Of a stretch of DNA of 27,518 bases, positions 9,718 to 18,233 are shown piece after piece. The stretch is from a virus (taxonomy: Duplodnaviria; Caudoviricetes): positions 1 to 27,518 of the IMG/VR virus record IMGVR_UViG_3300030095_004360, one strand, 5' to 3'. How positions within the stretch are numbered: position 1 is the first letter of the stretch; each line of letters begins with the position of its first letter. Under the pieces are notes generated by a model that was given only the letters and a program-made list of their open reading frames with translations, had not been told where the DNA came from and ran no database searches. A program made the translations under genes and the position numbers.

Positions 9718-10286
9718 TATTTCAAAGGTTCTAATATATTAAAGTTAAATGCAATAGACACCCTAGGTTCATCAGACATACTTTGTGATACAGCATGTAA
9801 ATATGTTCCAGGAAAAATAGCTAATAAGCCTGGTTCAGGCTTTACTTTATAAGTTGTACGACTATCGATTGATTTATAAAAGTCCTCTAAACACATAAAT
9901 GCTGTCGCATCATTTCTTTGAAATACTAAATCACCACTGTTTTTAGGAACTTTGTAATAATAAACTCCTGAGAATTGACTCTTACCGTGAAAATGAAGTG
10001 TATTATGAGAATATTTATAATTTTCATTTATCCATAAATACATCAATTGATACTTAAAATTTGTGCTTGTAAAATCTTTCATGGCTTCCGCTATATACTT
10101 ACCAAGTATTTCAGTAATTTTTTTATCTACAACGCTAGGAGTTTGATACCCACCTACATTAGAAAAATTAACACCCTCATCTTTTTTCTTTGTTTGATCT
10201 AAAGTTGTTTGTATCCAATTATCTAATTCAAAGTCTTGAAATTTATTCAAAGAAATCGCGTCACTAAAAATAATATGTTTAGCCAT
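9717..10286 (-). CDS. 2OG-Fe(II) oxygenase family protein (TIGR02466-like)
   Basis: GGYQT, LWINEN, HFH...FSGVYY, IFPGTYLHAV and RVSIAFN. Confidence 0.88.
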   Translation of the reverse strand: MAKHIIFSDAISLNKFQDFELDNWIQTTLDQTKKKDEGVNFSNVGGYQTPSVVDKKITEILGKYIAEAMKDFTSTNFKYQLMYLWINENYKYSHNTLHFHGKSQFSGVYYYKVPKNSGDLVFQRNDATAFMCLEDFYKSIDSRTTYKVKPEPGLLAIFPGTYLHAVSQSMSDEPRVSIAFNFNILEPLK

Positions 10287-10629
10287 TCTCCTGCGATCTG
10301 TCTATTTGTGCGTAACTTATAGAGCCTTGAATTTTATTACTGCCTGTGGCTGCGGTTATTGTTACTGAATCACCTGCCTCAAGGTTTAAACCCTGTGGTG
10401 TTGCATTGACTTGAGATTTAGCTGCAACATCATTTCTAAAAAATTCATATTCAGCATTTGAATCAGAAGAATCTACTAAATTCATATTTACTACAATAGC
10501 TGATGAGGCATCATTATTAGCAACATAAATACTTTTAATTATAAGTGTTGCATTTGACGGACAGGTTAGCACTGTTGTTTTACCTGTGCTTGCTTGTTTA
10601 TATCCCTGATTTTTATATTGTATTGTCAT
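10279..10629 (-). CDS. Small beta-rich virion protein
   Basis: 116 aa. TTVLTCP...IIKSIYVAN...LNLEAGD pattern seen in small tail-associated proteins downstream of the nozzle gene. Confidence 0.55.
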   Translation of the reverse strand: MTIQYKNQGYKQASTGKTTVLTCPSNATLIIKSIYVANNDASSAIVVNMNLVDSSDSNAEYEFFRNDVAAKSQVNATPQGLNLEAGDSVTITAATGSNKIQGSISYAQIDRSQENG

Positions 10630-10790
10630 GATAAAAAATAATTAAACGCATCTGCTTCATTTTTTATATCATTCTCATAAGAAAAGTTCAATTGAGTCTG
10701 AAGCGTTCGTAATGCTTGTAAAATTTGTCTTTGATCTTCTTGCGTATATTTTTCTTTTGGCTCAGGTATTTGTATAATAATTTTGGCCAT
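10626..10790 (-). CDS. Small helical tail-associated protein, 54 aa
   Basis: Not in track. MAKIIIQIPEPKEKYTQEDQRQILQALRTLQTQLNFSYENDIKNEADAFNYFLS*; TAATG and ATGA overlaps fill the gap exactly. Confidence 0.75.
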   Translation of the reverse strand: MAKIIIQIPEPKEKYTQEDQRQILQALRTLQTQLNFSYENDIKNEADAFNYFLS

Positions 10791-12973
10791 TATCTTCTAC
10801 CATCTATTCTTACATCAAATCTAAATGTGCCATATCTCCAACTTTCATTCAAACTTTCATTTTCTATTTGTACAGCTGCCAGTCTTGCTCTAGCTCTTGT
10901 GTTAATTTTAGTTGTTGTGCTACTTACTGTAAAAGGTCCTAGGGGACTCGAAGCTGCTGTGGAACCTTGTGGAAACGAATTTACAAATATAGTTACTTTT
11001 GCATTACCTGCTATTCTTTTAAAGTCAGGTAAAAATCTACTTATACTCATCAAAAACTCTCCGTCACCTGGAACTCCAGCATTACCATTTAAATCAAACT
11101 CTCCTGATTTAATAAAAGAGGTAATTGCAGTTTCAGTGCCATCTGCATTTGATTGATTTACGCCTACCTCATGAGCATAATAAATAGACGCTCCATTTGA
11201 GACACCACTTACAACTGGGAATGTTGGCGTATCTCCTGAATTGAAATCTGTCGCGTACGGTTTTTCATAAACGGTAGAACCTATCCATGTTGTTCTGTCT
11301 AATGTTCCTGTGGTCCAAACATTTTCAGCGAAGTTATAAGTAACTACTTTATCAATGACATTTGAACCAGATGAGGGATAAAACCAATTTATTTCAGAAT
11401 ACAGTTCATTAATACCACCAAAAACTAATTGACCTGAGTTATAGTTTAAACCAGGATTGTTACCCTCTGTGGTAAACACAAAGTCTTCTACTAAACACGG
11501 AAGCGATTTGACAGTCCCATCATAAACATAAAATCCTCCTGTTTTACCCATCCAATACACTGCACCGTTTGCAAACACTCCTGCATGATTTCCTAACAAT
11601 CCATTATTAGAACCAACTTTACGAATAGAAAATGTAAAAGGGGGTCCAACAAATTGCATTTCGTATGCAGCAGTATCGGTTAAAACTAAAATATAATCTT
11701 TACCTTTGAAAGCTCCCATGATTCTAGTCCCGTCATCTAACCTAAATGTTCCTGCGGTGTTCGTTGATGTTGGTGCATAATCACTTGTGCTTTCTTGATC
11801 AGAAAATCTAATAAACATTTTATCTTGTGTTGACGGAGTACCAATAGTTGTTTCAGTTCCTAAATGAAATAAATGCCTGTCTCTATCTGATACTATTGTC
11901 ATTACAGATCTTGTTGGCATACCTGTGCCAATGACTGCTCTCGTATTTAACGCATTGCCCGTTGCAGGGTTCCAAGTAAATGTTTTTCCGTTGTGTATTG
12001 TAGCAATTAAAATACTTCCAAAATTATCAAAAGACCAGTTGGCAGGCTCAATTGTTACTGTGCTTGATGCAGAAGCATCACCCCAACCTACAAAATCTGT
12101 AATGTCAGTCACAGTCGCTCCGTTAGTGTGCTCTGCTGCTGTCGTCCCGTTTATGCCTCTAGTTATTCCACTGATTGTGTTTGTCCCTGTGGTATTGGTT
12201 GTATAGCTCATATCCTCAGATCCAATTCTTAATTTACCGTTAGTCAAAGGTAAGTTTGCTGTGCTTGTAAGAACAACAGAAGATGCGCCAACAAGCATAT
12301 TACCACCGTTGTTTATCGTTGTTGTAGTTGCTGCAATAGATCGTCCTCCAAAAAGGTATGTGCCCCAGCCATATCCATAAGTTTGATTTAGTGGTCCAAC
12401 AGGCTCGTAGGGATTTACATCTAATGTTCCATCTGTAGTAACACCAGATTTACTTTCAGCTGAAGGCATTGTTATTGTAAATGTCGTAGTCGTTGGAACG
12501 CTTTGAACTTCAAAAAGTTTGTCATCAAAGTCAGTTGCTGTGTAAATTGTATTGGCAGTAGTAAAGGATCCTGCGTTTGCGAAGGTAGTTATTTCTCCTA
12601 CTTCTAAGTTATGAGCACCTGTTGTTGTAATTGTGACTGTTGTTTGTCCGCTGGTCGTTGTTATACTCGCACCTGTTTGAAAGTTATCTGTCTCTAAAGG
12701 AGTAACATCGTAGAAAGCACCTTCGTAATAAATAATTAAAACTTTGTCAGTGCCTATTGCAGCATATCTTTTACCGTCAGTATCTGCCCAAACATGTTGA
12801 CCCCTAGCAGCTCCAACTATTTTATCATCTACCAAAGCTTCCCAACCACCTATTTTTTCAGGCTCGCCATATCTAAATCTTACGTTATCACCATCTACCC
12901 AACGACCCTCTGCGTCTGCTGGTGTAGATTGTTTATCAAATCCTGCTGCTATTTTTACTTTTGCTAAAGGCAT
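10790..12973 (-). CDS. Tail nozzle / packaged-DNA stabilisation protein (P22 gp10 / tail tubular B-like)
   Basis: 727 aa, beta-rich. WVDGDNVRF...PEKIGGW N-terminus, MFIRFSDQE, propeller-like strands, RARAR...WRYG...DGRR C-terminus, and Thr-rich inserted domains. Confidence 0.75.
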   Translation of the reverse strand: MPLAKVKIAAGFDKQSTPADAEGRWVDGDNVRFRYGEPEKIGGWEALVDDKIVGAARGQHVWADTDGKRYAAIGTDKVLIIYYEGAFYDVTPLETDNFQTGASITTTSGQTTVTITTTGAHNLEVGEITTFANAGSFTTANTIYTATDFDDKLFEVQSVPTTTTFTITMPSAESKSGVTTDGTLDVNPYEPVGPLNQTYGYGWGTYLFGGRSIAATTTTINNGGNMLVGASSVVLTSTANLPLTNGKLRIGSEDMSYTTNTTGTNTISGITRGINGTTAAEHTNGATVTDITDFVGWGDASASSTVTIEPANWSFDNFGSILIATIHNGKTFTWNPATGNALNTRAVIGTGMPTRSVMTIVSDRDRHLFHLGTETTIGTPSTQDKMFIRFSDQESTSDYAPTSTNTAGTFRLDDGTRIMGAFKGKDYILVLTDTAAYEMQFVGPPFTFSIRKVGSNNGLLGNHAGVFANGAVYWMGKTGGFYVYDGTVKSLPCLVEDFVFTTEGNNPGLNYNSGQLVFGGINELYSEINWFYPSSGSNVIDKVVTYNFAENVWTTGTLDRTTWIGSTVYEKPYATDFNSGDTPTFPVVSGVSNGASIYYAHEVGVNQSNADGTETAITSFIKSGEFDLNGNAGVPGDGEFLMSISRFLPDFKRIAGNAKVTIFVNSFPQGSTAASSPLGPFTVSSTTTKINTRARARLAAVQIENESLNESWRYGTFRFDVRIDGRR

Positions 12974-12978
12974 GCTAG

Positions 12979-13007
12979 ATTATATCATCTAATAGTAGAG
13001 TTTTAAA
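12979..13007 (-). promoter_or_regulatory. sigma70-like promoter, probably giving a leaderless mRNA
   Basis: TTTAAA (13007-13002), 17 nt ending TGA, TATAAT (12984-12979). Only 5 nt separate it from the ATG at 12973 and no SD is present. Confidence 0.65.
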
Positions 13008-13020
13008 TATCTCAAAAATC

Positions 13021-13557
13021 TTAATCAGGCTTGAAGGAATTGTGTACTGCTGCGTTTAAATTGAAAGGAATTGCATATTTTGTTTCACCTTGATTTGGAT
13101 CTGCCCCATGTTTTAACCATGATGAAAAACTTACAAAAGTTCCTTTTCTGGGAGTTACACTCATACTTAGCTCTGGAAAATTTAATTTTTGATCTACATC
13201 ATTTAAATACAATATACCTGAATACATGGCCGATGCATGATCATGTAATTTTGTGTAATCATCTTTATCAATCTTTATACCCCAAGCATCTGCTATATAC
13301 ACATGTTCATAATTTATATGTTTTGATAAAGCATCTAATCCCAATTTAAGCACCTTTATAAAATTAGGGTCATTTACAAATGCATTCCATGTAGTCATTT
13401 TACCCTTTACATTAGTTCTATAATTTAAATTGTTCTCTGATATCTTATTTTCTATTTGTTGTATAAAATATTCTGAATCAATATCTAAAGTAATTTCATG
13501 AAGAAATACCTCACGTTCTATCTTTTTTTGTATAATTTTATTTATCTGTTTTAACAT
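13021..13557 (-). CDS. 2OG-Fe(II) oxygenase family protein (HxH type)
   Basis: DAWG...HDH...YSGILYL...FSSWLKHG...KYAIPFN, consistent with a DSBH fold. Confidence 0.8.
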   Translation of the reverse strand: MLKQINKIIQKKIEREVFLHEITLDIDSEYFIQQIENKISENNLNYRTNVKGKMTTWNAFVNDPNFIKVLKLGLDALSKHINYEHVYIADAWGIKIDKDDYTKLHDHASAMYSGILYLNDVDQKLNFPELSMSVTPRKGTFVSFSSWLKHGADPNQGETKYAIPFNLNAAVHNSFKPD

Positions 13558-13780
13558 TCGGATTTACTAGATCTTCTTTTTTGACCTCACCTACATCTTT
13601 AATATCAGGATTATCAAAATATAAATTCCAATCCATAATAATTCGTAAAAGTCTGCCGCTAAAACCTTGAAAACTTTTTTGATCAAATCTTAATCTTCTG
13701 TATTTTATTATTATCCAAACTTCTCTCCAACTAAATACTATATCTGCCCCACCTGTTTTTTTGTTTTGTTCTATTTTCAT
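13538..13780 (-). CDS. Hypothetical protein, 80 aa
   Basis: ORF packed between oxygenase genes; no recognisable motif. Confidence 0.65.
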   Translation of the reverse strand: MKIEQNKKTGGADIVFSWREVWIIIKYRRLRFDQKSFQGFSGRLLRIIMDWNLYFDNPDIKDVGEVKKEDLVNPNVKTDK

Positions 13781-14326
13781 TTAACCTTTTGTGATGCCTA
13801 ACATTATTCTTTTATCTTTAAACCATTCTTTGTGTGGACCGTCTGCATTTACATAATGTAAAAAAACTTGTGCGTGCCAATCACCTTCAAAGTCATTTCT
13901 CCAATGTGCAAGTTCACATCCTTTATAGATTACTGCATCTCCAACATCTAATTCTATTTCTGCGCCCTCCATAAAAATAGGCCATTTAACCCCACAAGAA
14001 TTTATTTTTACAGTCACACTATATTCACATGATGGTCTATCTTTATGTGATTTTAAATCTGCACCGTAACTATACATTCTCCAAAAAGTATAAGTGGGTA
14101 GTAATTTTAATTTTGTTTCTCTCTCCATCAATTTCTTTTTAGTAATCAATAATGAGTCAGTTACAGGATCTCCATAAAACATAGTATCTCCTTGATCACT
14201 TTGTTCTGTATCAAAACTATTAAAATTAGTTCTGTGCTTTAATCTTGTATAATGAGTAAGTAACTCTATTTCCTCTTTTGTAAGAAAATTTTTAATGTGT
14301 TTATATCCGTTTATTAACGCATCCAT
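13781..14326 (-). CDS. 2OG-Fe(II) oxygenase family protein
   Basis: PTYTFWRMY...LKSHKDRPSCEYSVT...GDAVIYKGCELAHWR...QVFLHYV; HxD...H triad, a family common in marine phages. Confidence 0.85.
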   Translation of the reverse strand: MDALINGYKHIKNFLTKEEIELLTHYTRLKHRTNFNSFDTEQSDQGDTMFYGDPVTDSLLITKKKLMERETKLKLLPTYTFWRMYSYGADLKSHKDRPSCEYSVTVKINSCGVKWPIFMEGAEIELDVGDAVIYKGCELAHWRNDFEGDWHAQVFLHYVNADGPHKEWFKDKRIMLGITKG

Positions 14327-14889
14327 GATACTACTGAATATCTCACTCCTTCGGTTAATGGCTCTACTGCATGAGGAAACATGAAATTACTTGGCCAAAT
14401 AACTACATGTCCAGGTTTTGTTGGCATTTTTATAATCTTGTCACTATCAGCTAATTTAAAACATAAACTACCACCTTTGAAATCATTATTTAACATTAAA
14501 ATAGAACTATACTTTCTATTGAATGTTGGGCCATCATCGACATGAAATTTGTAATGACCTCCTATTCCGTACCTTAAAGCTTGCATGTCAAAAATAGCTG
14601 CTCTGTGTATGTCTGGAAAATCCCTTATATATTTATTCATTTGTTGAATAATTAAATAACTTAAATAATTATACCAATGCACATTACTTAAAGAATCGTG
14701 TAATGGACCTAAACCTAAAATTTCAACATTTCTAATTTCTTTATTTACAATATCTTCTTTTTCACCAGCTACAGAACCTGTAACAAATTTTTTTTCTTTA
14801 AAGGTTTTGTTTAAATATTTTAAAAACTTAGTAATAGTTTTTGCATCAGGAATTGCTGGATAAATTCTTATATATTTTTCTAAAGACAT
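14314..14889 (-). CDS. Prolyl-4-hydroxylase-like 2OG-Fe(II) oxygenase
   Basis: LRYGIGGHYKFHVD...LNNDFKGGSL...WPSNFMFPHAVEPLTEGVRYSVVSW; HxD...H triad plus RxS. Confidence 0.9.
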   Translation of the reverse strand: MSLEKYIRIYPAIPDAKTITKFLKYLNKTFKEKKFVTGSVAGEKEDIVNKEIRNVEILGLGPLHDSLSNVHWYNYLSYLIIQQMNKYIRDFPDIHRAAIFDMQALRYGIGGHYKFHVDDGPTFNRKYSSILMLNNDFKGGSLCFKLADSDKIIKMPTKPGHVVIWPSNFMFPHAVEPLTEGVRYSVVSWMR

Positions 14890-14926
14890 AAATAATATTT
14901 ATAGAAAAATGTTGTAAAAGTAAACT

Positions 14927-15415
14927 TTAAACGAATAAATCTTTATGAAAACTTTCAACAGATTCGTTGTTAATATAATGTCTCATAAAATTTACACTTT
15001 GCGGAAAAGTCACAGAAGACAGATCAACATTTTCTAAAGCTGTTTTGTAAGCTTCTATTCTTGTTTTAATACTTGAAAATTCAGCTGAATTTAATTTAGC
15101 AGTATGTCTTGATAAAAATTTAGTAATATTTTCAATGAGTTGATTTTTTTCTTTTGTAAAATCTTCAGATGAGCAACTTAAAACATCATCTCCACTCCCA
15201 GGGTGAACTAAAGGTGCCTCTAAAACAACATTGTCCCCATCTAAACTAGCAAACTTTTCTCCACAAATATAACTATTGAAATCATCATCACTTACAGTTT
15301 TTAATCTTCCGTCAGCTTTGATTATATCGAAATCTCCTCTTAAAAGTTTGAGATCATTCTCATCTCGAAGACCTAAAACAGCTCCTCCACTCATATTAAA
15401 ATATATTACAGCCAT
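14927..15415 (-). CDS. Hypothetical protein, possibly tail-fibre chaperone/partner
   Basis: TAATG-coupled immediately after the tail fibre; function inferred from position only. Confidence 0.5.
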   Translation of the reverse strand: MAVIYFNMSGGAVLGLRDENDLKLLRGDFDIIKADGRLKTVSDDDFNSYICGEKFASLDGDNVVLEAPLVHPGSGDDVLSCSSEDFTKEKNQLIENITKFLSRHTAKLNSAEFSSIKTRIEAYKTALENVDLSSVTFPQSVNFMRHYINNESVESFHKDLFV

Positions 15416-16797
15416 TAGCTTAATTTATCCTCTAGTATTAAAAGTGCACCTGGACGGCCACTATTTGCATTCATACTTATACCCACTGCTTCACCACCAA
15501 CACCATAAACACCAAATTCAGAAGGGCTCGATGGTGAATCAGGATCAGCTACGAAAGTTGCTCTGAATGGAGCAGTAGCTTCATCTGCTCTATTACTTAC
15601 GTTTCCTGGAAATCCACTAGGTGCTGTTAAATTTAATAACAACGCTGGGCCACTCGCAGTACCAGGTGCTCCGCCTCTCGCATAGCCTTGTTGGTTTGTT
15701 GGAGGTTGATTGGGTGCTGGAACTGAAATACCACCTGCTGCTCCAGTAGCAGTCATTGTTGCTGGGTTAGCAAAAGTCGAATCGCCACCCGCCTGTCCTG
15801 AGCTTGTACTTGATCCTGTTCCTTGTCCGCCTCCACCAGCTCCAATTGTAAAGGGTGCAGTAAAAGGTGATGGTGCTGGAGAAGATACAGTGGCAGAAAA
15901 TATTCCTATACCACCGTTTCCACCTGGTCCTGTAGTATTCGAACCCGATCCAGATCCTCCACCGCCACCTCCACCACATAAGTAAGCTAAAATTTTTGTT
16001 GTGCCAGGTTGTGCTGTGAAAGTTGCAGTTGTTGGACTACCTCCTGCCATAAATGTTCTAACAAAATCATTTGATCCTGCAGCTCCTGTTGCTGCTGAAG
16101 TAATTCTTCCATCTTCATCGACTGTAATGTCAGCTGTTGTGTAAGACCCTGCCGTTACAGCAGTAGATTGAAGTTGATTAGGTCCAACAGAGTTGGCTGC
16201 CATTTTTGTAAGTGTTACATTTGATTGTAAAATTTTTGCTGTAGTTACAGCGTTTGATGAAATATTTGCTGCACGGACGGCATTGTCGGCTATTTTATTT
16301 GTAGTTACATTTGATTGTAAAATTTTTGCGGTTGTAACAGCGTTATCTGCAATTTGTGCTGCAGCCACAGTTCCCCCCAAAGTATCAAGAGAAACTTCAT
16401 TTAAATTTGTACCATCAGCATATGCTGCAAAGATGGCTGCTCTGTCAGGAGAAAAACCTGTTCCTGATGCAGTTTTAATTGTAAGGTTAGTTGGATTAGT
16501 TAATCCTGTACAATCAAATATATAAAATTTTTCAATACTGTCAGGTATTGTACAAACTGTGCTGGCTGCGATTGATGCAGTAGCAAATTTAATTACCATG
16601 TTTCTAGCATTTGATAATGTAGCGTTACTCATCGCTAAAGCTAAAGTTCCACCACTAGATAGTGTAACTTGTTCAAATCCTGCAATAGCTTGTTGAACTA
16701 AATTTAAGTTGGTATTTGTTTTATCACCCCATGTACCAGCGTTTTCGCCAGTTACCATAAGTTCTAGTTTTAGATCTGCTGAATAACTTGATGCCAT
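15415..16797 (-). CDS. Tail fibre / receptor-binding protein with glycine-rich C-terminal domain
   Basis: N-terminal anchor GENAGTWGDKTNTN, 10-aa IADNAVTTAK shaft repeats, GSYTTADITVDEDGRITSA knot, and a C-terminal CGGGGGG...GAGG...GGDSTF glycine-rich domain. Confidence 0.85.
   Translation of the reverse strand: MASSYSADLKLELMVTGENAGTWGDKTNTNLNLVQQAIAGFEQVTLSSGGTLALAMSNATLSNARNMVIKFATASIAASTVCTIPDSIEKFYIFDCTGLTNPTNLTIKTASGTGFSPDRAAIFAAYADGTNLNEVSLDTLGGTVAAAQIADNAVTTAKILQSNVTTNKIADNAVRAANISSNAVTTAKILQSNVTLTKMAANSVGPNQLQSTAVTAGSYTTADITVDEDGRITSAATGAAGSNDFVRTFMAGGSPTTATFTAQPGTTKILAYLCGGGGGGGSGSGSNTTGPGGNGGIGIFSATVSSPAPSPFTAPFTIGAGGGGQGTGSSTSSGQAGGDSTFANPATMTATGAAGGISVPAPNQPPTNQQGYARGGAPGTASGPALLLNLTAPSGFPGNVSNRADEATAPFRATFVADPDSPSSPSEFGVYGVGGEAVGISMNANSGRPGALLILEDKLS
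16180..16353 (-). repeat. Coding tandem repeat, about six 30-nt units (IADNAVTTAK / ILQSNVTxxK)
   Basis: Exact 26-nt direct repeat gttacatttgattgtaaaatttttgc at 16214-16239 and 16304-16329 (90-nt spacing). Confidence 0.9.
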
Positions 16798-16806
16798 ATA
16801 ACTCCT

Positions 16807-16835
16807 ATATTAACAAAATTAAGCTGCTCTATCAA
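16807..16835 (-). promoter_or_regulatory. sigma70-like promoter for the tail fibre gene
   Basis: TTGATA (16835-16830, within the last codons of the upstream gene), 17 nt ending TGT, TAATAT (16812-16807), followed by AGGAG and the ATG at 16797. Confidence 0.6.
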
Positions 16836-17706
16836 CCTCAGTCCAAACATTATTTACACCAGGGTCGATCTCGCTCCATGCGGTTACATTAACCGAGCCA
16901 ATATTTGCTGTCAACCCTATACCAGAAACGCTTATGTTTGCTGCACCTGATACTGAAACTTGACCAATAGATCCTGTCAATAATCCAGCAGTCGTTACAG
17001 GATAAACAGCTATAGGTATAACCGTGCCTTGTGAAATTGTTGCAGCTTGTCCTGAAACTGATTCATTTGTAGTTTGAATTAACGTAATACTTCCTAGAGA
17101 AGCACTCATTGAAATACCTGTTACATCAACAGGTATTTTAGGTTCAGGGACAACTTGACCAATAGATCCTGATAAAGCTTGGCCATTAGGTGAAACGACT
17201 GCAGTTCCAGTTACAGAAGATAAACTTCCAATAGAACTTTGCATAGCATCTTCACCAACAAACACAGTGACATTACCATCGATTTGAATTGAATTTACAC
17301 CTTGTGTAATTGTTAATAAATCTAATCCAGAAACTTGAACAGTATGATCAACTACTGGTGTTACACTTCCTTGTGATAAAGTTGCTTGTTGTCCAGCTGG
17401 TAAAACAGAATATGTTTCTCCCCAAGCTCTGTTACCCCAACCGCCTCGGCCCCAACCAACTTCAACTAATGCTTCAACAGTAACTGACCCTAAACTTGAT
17501 GTTAAACTTTGACCATCAGCTAAAACAGAGCCAGTAATACCCCAAGCACCAGAACCCCATTCTGCTCGACCCCAGCCGTTAACAGAAATACCTTCTGCGC
17601 TACCTTGTGATGATGTTAATGAAAGACCTGTAACTTCTACAGCATTTGAATCTTGATCACTCCAAACACCTTGTCCCCATGTTTCTGCTCCCCATGTTTT
17701 AGCCAT
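16819..17706 (-). CDS. Repetitive beta-stranded virion protein with WGxxxWG motifs
   Basis: Three WGxxxWGxxxW blocks and about 19-20 aa V(T/S)GxxLxxSxGxV repeats; lies in the tail cluster. Confidence 0.65.
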   Translation of the reverse strand: MAKTWGAETWGQGVWSDQDSNAVEVTGLSLTSSQGSAEGISVNGWGRAEWGSGAWGITGSVLADGQSLTSSLGSVTVEALVEVGWGRGGWGNRAWGETYSVLPAGQQATLSQGSVTPVVDHTVQVSGLDLLTITQGVNSIQIDGNVTVFVGEDAMQSSIGSLSSVTGTAVVSPNGQALSGSIGQVVPEPKIPVDVTGISMSASLGSITLIQTTNESVSGQAATISQGTVIPIAVYPVTTAGLLTGSIGQVSVSGAANISVSGIGLTANIGSVNVTAWSEIDPGVNNVWTEVDRAA

Positions 17707-17761
17707 GAAGAACTCCGTTCGGAAGACCCGCTATAGAAAACAAATTAGTAATGTTTGCCAT
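17699..17761 (-). CDS. Candidate 20-aa leader ORF
   Basis: AAGGAGGT (17776-17769) lies 7 nt before the ATG. Reads MANITNLFSIAGLPNGVLHG*; the stop overlaps the next gene's start (cATGGCTAA). Confidence 0.4.
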   Translation of the reverse strand: MANITNLFSIAGLPNGVLHG

Positions 17762-17774
17762 AGCAGGCACCTCC
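17721..17774 (-). promoter_or_regulatory. Long intergenic RNA hairpin occluding SD and AUG
   Basis: CCUGCUAUGG pairs with CUAUAGCGGG (10 bp, 2 GU); inner AAACA/UGUUU; outer GGAGG/CUUCC. Confidence 0.65.
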
Positions 17775-17780
17775 TTTTAA

Positions 17781-18218
17781 TTATGCGATTCTCAATATTG
17801 CTGCGCTCGTTGTAAATGCTGGAAACTGAATTGTAAAAGTTCCTGCAGATGCAGTTTTCTCACCGCCAAAATCTAATACAGCTACAGCTTTATCACTGTT
17901 AGTGTCGTTGTAAATCAAAGCACCTCTTGCTGTGATTGTTACACCAACAAATGATAAATCAGAAAAATCTGTGATAGCTGTGTTAGTTGCTAAAGATGTT
18001 CCTGTGTTTACAAGTGCTTTACCACCTGAAGAGTATCCACCTGACGGTGAAGTGACTTGTCCTCCAGTTGTAAAAGATGTCGTTGATTTTCCTAGCGTAG
18101 CAGGTGTTCCGTACAAAGCTAGTTTGAAACTGTTACCACCTGGGTTACTAAAATTATGAGTCGCTTCTAATAATTCTTTTTTAAAAGAATTACATATTGC
18201 GTTAGTTGTTATTGCCAT
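17781..18218 (-). CDS. Virion structural (tail-associated) protein, 145 aa
   Basis: CNSFKKELL...FKLALY...ITARGALIYN...AVAVLDFG...GTFTIQFP, a widespread phage structural family. AAGGAG SD. Confidence 0.7.
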   Translation of the reverse strand: MAITTNAICNSFKKELLEATHNFSNPGGNSFKLALYGTPATLGKSTTSFTTGGQVTSPSGGYSSGGKALVNTGTSLATNTAITDFSDLSFVGVTITARGALIYNDTNSDKAVAVLDFGGEKTASAGTFTIQFPAFTTSAAILRIA

Positions 18219-18233
18219 TTTATCTCCTTAAAT

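Noticed and set aside
14896-14903. TATAAATA (T4-like late promoter) upstream of the P4H-like gene
   Set aside because: A single instance in very AT-rich sequence, with no T4-like genes in the window. A weak sigma70 promoter here is possible but unsupported.
15767-15979. Trp/Arg-rich 70-aa minus-strand ORF resembling an antimicrobial peptide
   Set aside because: Alternative-frame reading of GGT/GGA Gly runs inside the fibre gene.
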